The notes under the pieces were generated by a model, which was not told the DNA's origin, made no database searches, and saw only the letters and a program-made list of their open reading frames with translations. A stretch of DNA of 64,000 nt from Paludibacteraceae bacterium. GTDB taxonomy: Bacteria > Bacillota > Clostridia > Oscillospirales > Acutalibacteraceae. The stretch spans positions 34,766 through 98,765 of the forward strand of contig CAVIZK010000006.1 in assembly GCA_963647215.1 (NCBI GenBank), in the 5' to 3' direction. Of this stretch, positions 19,769 to 27,326 are shown piece after piece. Both the position numbers and the translations under genes were made by a program. The first letter of the stretch is position 1; the number at the start of each line of letters is the position of its first letter.

Positions 19769-21103
19769 ATGGATTTTCTGAACGGGAAAATCAGACCAAT
19801 TTACTTCAAATATCTGGCTGCTGCCTTTGGCAGTGCCATGATTACTTCAATTTATTCTATTGTTGATATGGCCATGGTAGGACAATATCAGGGGCCGGAG
19901 GGGACAGCAGCTCTTGCCGTTGTTGCTCCGGTTTGGAATATCATTTACAGTCTTGGCTTGTTAATGGGCATTGGCGGCAGCGTTATTTTCAGCACGAAAC
20001 GTGGTGTCAAGAATCCGGACGGCAGCGAAAATCAATATTTTACAACTGCACTGATTGGTTCCGTACTTTTATCTATTTTGGCTTGGGTTGGCATTCTTTG
20101 CTTTGAACATCCCATTTTGACCTTCTTTGGGGCAGATGAATCCTTATATTTACTGGCAAAAACATACATGATTCCCATCAAGTATGTTTTTCCGTTGTTC
20201 CTGTTTAACCAAATGCTGGCAGCCTTTTTACGGAACGATAAAAACCCGAAGCTGGCAACCATAGGCGTCTTATCCGGTGGTATTTTTAATGTCTTTGGAG
20301 ACTACTTCTTTGTCTTTACCTGCAACATGGGCATTTTGGGTGCAGGTCTTGCCACAGCCATTGGCTCCGTAGTTTCTTTTGCAGTGATGTTAACCCACTT
20401 CTTCCGCAAGAAAAACACCTTACGTTTGGTAAAACCGGATCGTGTCTTCCATCAGCTGAAAGAAATTTCTGTTACCGGATTTTCCACGTTCTTTATTGAT
20501 GTAGCAATGGGAATTTTAACCGTTCTCTTCAACCGGCAGATCATGACCTATCTTGGAGCCGATGCGCTGTCCATTTACGGACCGATTATCAACGTCAGTA
20601 CGTTTGTACAATGCTGTGCCTACAGCGTTGGACAGGCGTCCCAACCCATTATTTCCACTAATTACGGAGCCGGAAAAGGGGAGAGAATTAAGGAAACCCT
20701 TGGGCTTGCCCTGGCCACTACCACTGTTTTCGGCATCTTCTGGACGGTGCTTAGTATGGCGGTTCCTAACTTCTACATCCGCGTATTCATGGATCCGATA
20801 CCGGCAATTTTGGAAATGGCACCGGGTATTATCCGTACGTATGCTGTGTCATTTCTGCTGCTGCCGTTTAATATTTTTTCTACGTATTATTTCCAATCCA
20901 TTATGCAGCCCAAAACTGCCATGGTAGTATCGGTATCCAGAGGGCTTGTCATCAGCGGGAGTTTAATTTTAGTTCTTCCGATAATTGCCGGTCCAAGCGC
21001 ACTTTGGTTAACCATGCCAATTACAGAACTTCTGGTCATGCTTTATGCCGGTTGGTCTATGAAGAACTATACCAGGGCGCTTCCTTTAAAGAATGTTACT
21101 TAA
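19769..21103 (+). CDS. MATE-family efflux transporter
   Basis: 12-TM protein with the MATE-like N-terminus IRPIYFKYLAAAFGSAMITSIYSIVDMAMVGQY. Trimmed from 19646 to ATG 19769, which follows AAAGGAGA. Confidence 0.85.
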   Translation: MDFLNGKIRPIYFKYLAAAFGSAMITSIYSIVDMAMVGQYQGPEGTAALAVVAPVWNIIYSLGLLMGIGGSVIFSTKRGVKNPDGSENQYFTTALIGSVLLSILAWVGILCFEHPILTFFGADESLYLLAKTYMIPIKYVFPLFLFNQMLAAFLRNDKNPKLATIGVLSGGIFNVFGDYFFVFTCNMGILGAGLATAIGSVVSFAVMLTHFFRKKNTLRLVKPDRVFHQLKEISVTGFSTFFIDVAMGILTVLFNRQIMTYLGADALSIYGPIINVSTFVQCCAYSVGQASQPIISTNYGAGKGERIKETLGLALATTTVFGIFWTVLSMAVPNFYIRVFMDPIPAILEMAPGIIRTYAVSFLLLPFNIFSTYYFQSIMQPKTAMVVSVSRGLVISGSLILVLPIIAGPSALWLTMPITELLVMLYAGWSMKNYTRALPLKNVT

Positions 21104-22122
21104 CCTTCTTTGCTGTTGGCCTGTTCCTTAATTTTTCTGTCTATTTCCTTGCGATTTACTGGTGCATTTAATGGATTGTTATCCGTGGCCGTCTTTAGCT
21201 GTTCATTTACCACGTGCGTATAAATTTGCGTGGTTCCCACATTTTCATGGCCTAAGATTTCTTTCAATTCCAGAACATCGGCATTGCCGTACTGGTACAT
21301 CAGTGTTGCGGCCGTGTGGCGCAGTTTGTGGACAGAATAGCCTTCTAATCCGGCTTTTTCCAATGCCTGATAAACAACGTGTTGCACCGTTTTCGGTGAA
21401 ATGCGTTGTTTCCGGTTGCTCAGGAAGAGCGCTGTTTTGTCCTTAACGCCGTCCACCGGCCGCACCGCCATATACGCGTTGACCGCCTGAATGCAGGCGT
21501 CATTTAAGTAAATGGTCCGTTCTTTGTTACCTTTACCGGTAATCTTAACGGTATTATCATTTCTGATGTCAGTGTAGTTTAGACTGACCAGTTCGGAAAG
21601 CCGCATACCGCAATTTAAGAAAAGCGTAATCATGGCGTAGTCACGCTCTTTATTAGGGCCATCTGCGGCCTTTTCCAGCAATTCCATGGCTTCTTCCAAC
21701 GTTAGGTATTTGGGCAGCGTCTGCTTCATTTTAGGCGTGTCCAATTCCTGCATGGGATTTTCTTCCAAAATATGTTTCTGTACCGTACAGAACTTAAAGA
21801 ATGCCCGTAACGATGAGACTTTTCTGGCTCTGGTGCGTGCCGAATTCTGCCGTTCATCCTTACAAAAGGAAAGAAAGGCATAAGCATCTGCCAATGTGAT
21901 TGTTTGAATAAAAGAAGCATCTATATCCTTGATGACAATTTCTTCAAAGGGATCGGAAGGGGAGACCAAGCCCCTGTCTTTCTTTAAAAAACGAAAAAAC
22001 GTACGCAAATCCGAGGCATACTCACTGATAGTTGCCTTGGATTTGTTTTTAATGGCGTCCATATAGTTTAAAAATTCCACCAGTAAGGGTGGAAAGGTAT
22101 CATAGTCTGCGCGGGTAATCAT
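21100..22122 (-). CDS. Tyrosine site-specific recombinase (XerC/XerD / phage-integrase family)
   Basis: N-terminal SAM-like domain, then catalytic residues in order: GMRLSEL (R), KGNKERT (K), HKLRHTAAT (HxxR), LGHENVGTTQIYTHV (H...Y). Trimmed to ATG 22122 after AAGGAG. The stop codon overlaps the MATE stop (shared TTAA). Confidence 0.85.
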   Translation of the reverse strand: MITRADYDTFPPLLVEFLNYMDAIKNKSKATISEYASDLRTFFRFLKKDRGLVSPSDPFEEIVIKDIDASFIQTITLADAYAFLSFCKDERQNSARTRARKVSSLRAFFKFCTVQKHILEENPMQELDTPKMKQTLPKYLTLEEAMELLEKAADGPNKERDYAMITLFLNCGMRLSELVSLNYTDIRNDNTVKITGKGNKERTIYLNDACIQAVNAYMAVRPVDGVKDKTALFLSNRKQRISPKTVQHVVYQALEKAGLEGYSVHKLRHTAATLMYQYGNADVLELKEILGHENVGTTQIYTHVVNEQLKTATDNNPLNAPVNRKEIDRKIKEQANSKEG

Positions 22123-22153
22123 AAAAAACTCCTTTGCTATAAAGTAAACGCTT

Positions 22154-22172
22154 TTGTGAAACAGTTTCACAA
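22154..22172. repeat. Perfect palindrome TTGTGAAAC-A-GTTTCACAA upstream of the recombinase start
   Basis: 9-bp arms and a 1-nt centre, 32 nt upstream of ATG 22122. Confidence 0.9.
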
Positions 22173-22198
22173 TAACAGGCGTTTATCTATCTGATAAC

Positions 22199-22218
22199 AT
22201 GATACAATTTTGTATCAT
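22199..22218. repeat. Perfect palindrome ATGATACAA-TT-TTGTATCAT
   Basis: 9-bp arms and a 2-nt centre. Contains the GATACAA / TTGTATC half-sites. Confidence 0.9.
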
Positions 22219-22629
22219 TCTTTACTATTATAGATTTCTTAGTCCAGATATACAAGCCAACAGAAGTGGTATTTATATCCTGCCAAAAACGTCTATATCC
22301 AATTGGTTCATGCTCATGTAATCAATTATAATTCTTATAGCTACGCGTTATATTGTGTATAGCTCATTTAATAGATTCTGTTCTTTTTATTCCAAATATA
22401 CTGGCTTTTATCAGTTTTTTACCTGATTCCCAAAAAGAACAGGTTTTGGCCTTAAAAATGAGCAAAAAAGATTCAACCAGTTTTTTTCGCACAGAGGAAG
22501 ACTCATGCAGAAAAAACTGATTGAATGGATTAAATGAAAAGGAAATGAAAAATATGGGATATTCGGAATAAAATCAGTAGCCAATAGAATGTTTTAATGA
22601 TAGAAAGTAATTCCACCAGAAAGGAATAC

Positions 22630-22691
22630 AAAAAAGTGTAATCCGCTTCAGATACAGAATCTGACTTCAGATTACGCTTTTTCTCTTTTTT
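22630..22691. terminator. Bidirectional intrinsic terminator downstream of radA
   Basis: GTAATC...GATTAC outer stem enclosing TCAGAT/ATCTGA. A6 upstream and TTTTTCTCTTTTTT downstream, so it reads as hairpin plus U-tract on both strands. Confidence 0.55.
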
Positions 22692-22700
22692 GCCTGCCCT

Positions 22701-22732
22701 TAATTATACAAAACATTTATTTTGTATAATTA
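22701..22732. repeat. Perfect 13-6-13 palindrome TAATTATACAAAA-CATTTA-TTTTGTATAATTA
   Basis: Read directly. Made only of A/T pairs apart from one C:G per arm. Lies 60 nt downstream of the radA stop. Confidence 0.9.
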
Positions 22733-22791
22733 TATATTTTCTTTTTACAGGGCTCCTTCATCTGTCTCCCGCTGAATCGCCAGAGAAAAAA

Positions 22792-24174
22792 TCAGATGGC
22801 AGCATCCAATGCCTGACTGATATAACGAACTCCAATGACCTCAATCTGGCTGAAGACATCCTTCGGCAAATATTTCAGATTGTCTTTGGGAACAATGACT
22901 CTGGTGAAGCCAAGCCGTGCAGCTTCTCTGACACGCTGTTCACAGTAGCCGACGCTGCGGATTTCTCCGGCAAGACCAATTTCGCCAAATGCCAAAACAT
23001 CATCTTTTACCACAACGTTTTTCAGACTGGAAACCAAGGCCAATGCCACAGATAAATCTGCAGCCGGTTCATTCAGCTTCAAACCGCCAATGACATTCAG
23101 GTAAACGTCCATGTTGGAGAAGTAGTACCCTCCCCTTTTTTCTAAAACTGCCAGGATCATATTGATGCGGTTGAAGTCAAATCCGTTACACATACGCCGT
23201 GGATTCCCAAATCCGGTGGTTGTGGCAAGGCCCTGCACTTCTGCCATAATGGGCCGGGAACCCTCCATAATACAGGCCACACAGGAACCGGAGGCATTTT
23301 CCGGGCGTCCGGAAAGCATCATCAGGCTGGGGTTTTCTACCTGCCGTAAGCCGCGGTCCATCATTTCGAAGACGCCGATTTCATTGGTGGAACCAAACCG
23401 GTTTTTGGCAGCTCTGAGGATACGGTAAGACAGATTCCGCTCTCCTTCAAAATAAAGAACCGTATCTACAATATGCTCCAGTACCTTGGGTCCGGCAATA
23501 TTACCGTCTTTATTAACATGGCCTACCACAATAATGGGAATATTTAATTCTTTGCAGGCCCGGGTCAGCCAGTTGGTGCATTCCCGTACCTGTGTAATGC
23601 TGCCGGCAGAAGAGCTGAGTTCGGTTAACATCATGGTTTGAATGGAGTCAATGATAACCACATCCGGTGCTGCCGTACGCATTTCTTCGGTAATCAGCTC
23701 TACATCCGTTTCTGCCATAATAGACAGATTTTCGGAGGTAACACCAAGACGGTCTGCCCGCAGTTTAATCTGATGCGGGCTTTCTTCTCCGGAGACATAA
23801 AGAACGTTTAAGCTTTCTCCAAAGGTCTGGCAGACCTGCAGCAAAATAGTGGATTTACCAATGCCGGGGTCACCACAGAGAAGCACAATGGAACCTTTGA
23901 CAAGGCCGCCCCCCAGAACACGGTCAAATTCGGTCATGCCGGTGTGATACCGCTGCTCCCCATCTGTTTTAATTTCATTAATTTTATAGGACAGTGAACG
24001 TCTGCCTGTACTTTCCTTCCGTACCGTTCTGCCGGAAGGCGTCATTTCCTCTTTTTTGCGAACCTCTTCCACCATGGTATCCCATTCCCCACACTGTGGG
24101 CATTTTCCGTACCATTTCGGATTTTCATAGCCGCAGGACTTACAGACAAATACACTCTTTATTTTATTAGCCAT
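22792..24174 (-). CDS. radA: DNA repair protein RadA/Sms
   Basis: N-terminal zinc ribbon CKSCGYENPKWYGKCPQCGEW, Walker A GDPGIGKST, KNRFG motif and a Lon-like C-terminal domain. Confidence 0.95.
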   Translation of the reverse strand: MANKIKSVFVCKSCGYENPKWYGKCPQCGEWDTMVEEVRKKEEMTPSGRTVRKESTGRRSLSYKINEIKTDGEQRYHTGMTEFDRVLGGGLVKGSIVLLCGDPGIGKSTILLQVCQTFGESLNVLYVSGEESPHQIKLRADRLGVTSENLSIMAETDVELITEEMRTAAPDVVIIDSIQTMMLTELSSSAGSITQVRECTNWLTRACKELNIPIIVVGHVNKDGNIAGPKVLEHIVDTVLYFEGERNLSYRILRAAKNRFGSTNEIGVFEMMDRGLRQVENPSLMMLSGRPENASGSCVACIMEGSRPIMAEVQGLATTTGFGNPRRMCNGFDFNRINMILAVLEKRGGYYFSNMDVYLNVIGGLKLNEPAADLSVALALVSSLKNVVVKDDVLAFGEIGLAGEIRSVGYCEQRVREAARLGFTRVIVPKDNLKYLPKDVFSQIEVIGVRYISQALDAAI

Positions 24175-24184
24175 AATTCATCCT

Positions 24185-24508
24185 TTAAAAAAGAACTACC
24201 AGCAGCATTTTGAAGTTTTCTTTTCCTTCTACTGCGTGCGGATGCTTTGCCGGCATAACAATGGAATCCCCTTCGGTCAGTTCATATTCCACGCCGTCAA
24301 TGGTAATCTTGCCAACCCCGTCCAGACAGGTAACAAAGGCATCTCCGCCGGATTCGTGGGTGCTGATTTCCTCCCCTTTCCAGAAGGAGAACAGGGTAAC
24401 ACTGACAAAGTTGTTCTGCGCCAGCGTCTTGCTGACCACCTGGCCCTGCTGGTACGCTACTTCGTCTTTCAGCTTCAAAACTTTTGCTTTATCCATATTT
24501 TTTAACAT
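24185..24508 (-). CDS. Small cupin-domain protein
   Basis: 107 aa with the cupin core motifs GEEISTHESGGDA...GDSIVMPAKHPHAV. GTGAGGA RBS. Confidence 0.8.
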   Translation of the reverse strand: MLKNMDKAKVLKLKDEVAYQQGQVVSKTLAQNNFVSVTLFSFWKGEEISTHESGGDAFVTCLDGVGKITIDGVEYELTEGDSIVMPAKHPHAVEGKENFKMLLVVLF

Positions 24509-24647
24509 TGTGTATTCCTCACTTAATCACATTATACTTCACATATTATAACGCGCACCCACGGTTAACGTCTACTGCATGAAGGAAGGGCTCCGCCTCT
24601 TCGTCTGTAATACATATTTTCATAAATTTTTCCTCCTTTTAAGATAT

Positions 24648-27278
24648 TTAAAAATTATATTTACCTGCCGTTACTGTTTGCTTTTCTCCGTTTGGAAGAA
24701 TAATATCTGCCGTGCAGTTTGCAGGAATTGTGATTTGGAAAGTATATTTACCGTTTTCCTTTTTCCAGCCTGATTTAACATTGCCGAAAATACTTTTGTA
24801 TTTTGCGTTTGCAAAGGTGAAGTGACCGCCGGGCATAGGCTTAATAACAAAATGATTTTCACCACTGACATTTATTCCGCACATTGACGAAAACAACCAT
24901 TCGCAAACAGCACCCTTTGAATAGTGGTTAAGCGACGCTATACCGCCTTGAGCCTCGGTACCTTCCCAAGATTCCCAAATCGTCGTAGCACCCATTTTTG
25001 TCATAAAGAGCCAACCGGGCATTTCTTCGTTTTCAAGAAGTCTGTACGCATAATCAATGTTAATATCTGCAAGCACATCAAGGATGAACGGAGTTGACAA
25101 AAAGCCCGTGCCGAGCCTCCAACCATAATTATCAAGTGCCTTGATAAGTCGCTTCTTGGCAAATTCCGTTGATTTTTCATCAAGCAAGTGCATATATAGC
25201 GGTCGCACCAGCTTTGCCTGACGGTCGGTGTCGATTGAATAACCGTTCTTAGTAACAAGTTCTCTGTACGCCTCTGCACAACCGCTTTTGTATTCCTCAA
25301 AGAGCGGCAAATTCCTGCTGTCGTTCATATATTTTGCAATCTCGCACATCAATGCCATAATGTACGAAGTGTACGCAGTTGATTCCTCGGGATTCGGCAA
25401 CACGGTGTTTTTCCAATCGTTCGGGAAAACATCTTTTGGCTCTGCCCATTCACCGTAGGACTGACCGTAGTTGACAAAATACTTTTTGTTCTTATTTGAA
25501 AGCTGAATGTTGTGCTTGAGCGGCGTCCACTTTCCGCAACGGGAAATCATAAACTTTGCATATCTCACCATACCGTTGTAATACTTTTTAATTAAACAAT
25601 CGTCATTGTAAATTTTCCAAAAGCGATAAGGAATAAGCACTCCTACATCCGACCAGCCGACACTGCCGTTCATCCATGACATAAAGAAATCCACACCGCC
25701 GTACGGCACGATTTGAGGCAACTTGCCGTCTTTTTGCTGCCAATCGAAAACATCACGAATATATTTTTCGCTGAATGTGGCATAGTCAAAAAGATAAGCC
25801 GCTGTGTTGAAGAAAATCTGTGCGTCGCCCGTCCAACCGTGCCTTTCTCTTGTAGGGCAGTCGGTAGGCAAATCCGTACTGTTGCTTTTTGTTGACCATT
25901 TTGTTGCCGTTACAAACTTATTAAGCAATTCATTTGAACTGTCAAAAAAGCCTGTTTCCTCCATATCGGAATACACGGCAATGGCTGTAAAATCATCTGC
26001 CTTTATTTCAATATCGGTATCAATCTCCATATACTGAAAGCCGAAAATTGCAAATTTGGTTTTATATTCGTTTACTCCGTCTTTGCAAATGTATTCGATT
26101 TTTTGAAGTGGAGTTGTGATTTTTTTATTTGAACATTGAATATTTTTAAGTGTTAATTCGCCTTTATCGTCAAGCATTTCGCCAAAACGAAGAGTGATTT
26201 TTTGCCCTTTTTTTGCATTGATTTTGAATGAAACATATCCGGCCATATTTTGCTTGAAATTAATCAATTTTTTTCCGCTCGGTGCAGTTATCATTTCGCC
26301 CTTAAAAGTTTCTTTTTCTGCAATAGGAACATTATTTGACGCAGTCGGTGTAACATTATGATTTGTGAGTTTTGCTTTGCCGAAGTAGCTCGGTGTTTTA
26401 TTTGCATCAACAATTTCACCGTCTTTATTGTCGGCAAAACTGACAGCACCATCATTTGACCAAAACCACGAACTGTCTGTTGCAACGATGTCCTTTGTGC
26501 CGTCTTTATACCTGATTTCAAGCTGAGCAAGAATTTTTGTTTCACAGCCGTATTGATTTTTAAGTCCCCAAGCACCGACAGAGCCTCGATACCAACCGTC
26601 CGCAAGGTCGATGTTTATCACATTATCTTTCTTAATCAACTTGGTAACATCATAGGTTTGATATTGTACTCGCTTTCTGCAATCTGTAATGCCCGGAGCA
26701 AGAGGCATAGACACCTTTTTGCCGTTTATATATGCCGAATAAATACCGCAGGCAGTTGCATAAAGTCTTGCGGATTCAACATCTTTTTTTGCACCGAACT
26801 CTTTTTTAAAGCAGTCAACAGGAAAGCGTTCAGGTTCCGGCTTGTTTGAAGTAGCAAGATAATTTATGCCAGAAAGGATGAATGATTTTTCAAGCTTTTT
26901 TTGCTTTTCATAACCCTTTTTGTCCACCTGATAGTTGCCTGTTATCCATTTTGCTTTCCAGTCGCTGTTTCTTAAAAATGCCGTTTCAAAAAATGCTGTT
27001 TCAGACCAATCGCCCTCGTTGTCATTTTCATCCCACAGTTTAACCGCCCAATTTACTCTTGTGCGTGAGGTCAGATTTAAAGGATACTGAATATTTGTCA
27101 TTTGAGAGGACAAAACCTTACCGCTGTCCCAAAGAACATTGTTGTCTGTGTCTGTTGCTTTAATCTGATACGCCGTCTGCTGAATACCGCCCTCGCAGTT
27201 CCAGAACAGGCACGGATTCGCTATGTCAATTCCGATAGGATTTTTTAAGTATTCCGTTTTAAGAGCTATTGCTTTCAT
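24648..27278 (-). CDS. Alpha-L-rhamnosidase (GH78)
   Basis: N-terminus LKTEYLKNPIGIDI...LFW, catalytic-domain block DCPTRERHGWTGDAQ, size 876 aa. Composition is visibly more AT-rich than the flanking genes. Confidence 0.9.
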   Translation of the reverse strand: MKAIALKTEYLKNPIGIDIANPCLFWNCEGGIQQTAYQIKATDTDNNVLWDSGKVLSSQMTNIQYPLNLTSRTRVNWAVKLWDENDNEGDWSETAFFETAFLRNSDWKAKWITGNYQVDKKGYEKQKKLEKSFILSGINYLATSNKPEPERFPVDCFKKEFGAKKDVESARLYATACGIYSAYINGKKVSMPLAPGITDCRKRVQYQTYDVTKLIKKDNVINIDLADGWYRGSVGAWGLKNQYGCETKILAQLEIRYKDGTKDIVATDSSWFWSNDGAVSFADNKDGEIVDANKTPSYFGKAKLTNHNVTPTASNNVPIAEKETFKGEMITAPSGKKLINFKQNMAGYVSFKINAKKGQKITLRFGEMLDDKGELTLKNIQCSNKKITTPLQKIEYICKDGVNEYKTKFAIFGFQYMEIDTDIEIKADDFTAIAVYSDMEETGFFDSSNELLNKFVTATKWSTKSNSTDLPTDCPTRERHGWTGDAQIFFNTAAYLFDYATFSEKYIRDVFDWQQKDGKLPQIVPYGGVDFFMSWMNGSVGWSDVGVLIPYRFWKIYNDDCLIKKYYNGMVRYAKFMISRCGKWTPLKHNIQLSNKNKKYFVNYGQSYGEWAEPKDVFPNDWKNTVLPNPEESTAYTSYIMALMCEIAKYMNDSRNLPLFEEYKSGCAEAYRELVTKNGYSIDTDRQAKLVRPLYMHLLDEKSTEFAKKRLIKALDNYGWRLGTGFLSTPFILDVLADINIDYAYRLLENEEMPGWLFMTKMGATTIWESWEGTEAQGGIASLNHYSKGAVCEWLFSSMCGINVSGENHFVIKPMPGGHFTFANAKYKSIFGNVKSGWKKENGKYTFQITIPANCTADIILPNGEKQTVTAGKYNF

Positions 27279-27326
27279 TATCTATTACCTCAATCAGTTT
27301 CTAAAAATATTCCGTCATTCAATGCT

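Noticed and set aside
22154-22172. Reading TTGTGAAACAGTTTCACAA as a CRP/FNR or Rex operator
   Set aside because: The TGTGA and TCACA blocks are separated by 7 nt, not the canonical 6 (the Rex site TTGTGAA-N4-TTCACAA also has this 6-nt TGTGA-TCACA spacing). I report it only as a perfect palindrome, with no family assignment.
22695-22760. dif (XerCD) site resemblance in TTTTGTATAATTATATATTTTC
   Set aside because: The similarity to the Firmicutes dif sequence (…TATAATATATATTATGTAAACT) is partial. It needs an indel and has about 7/10 matches in the XerD arm. In a stretch this AT-rich that could arise by chance.
22172-22791. Invertible promoter (inverton) controlled by the adjacent recombinase
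   Set aside because: I searched by eye for a pair of inverted repeats of 10 bp or more flanking a segment and found only self-palindromes and 6-7-mer matches (ATACAA, ATATCC). There is no sequence support for a flanked invertible segment.
22690-23055. 121-aa + strand ORF at the edge of the AT-rich tract
   Set aside because: Most of it is antisense to the radA 3' end, and the remainder runs through the palindrome. It has no RBS.
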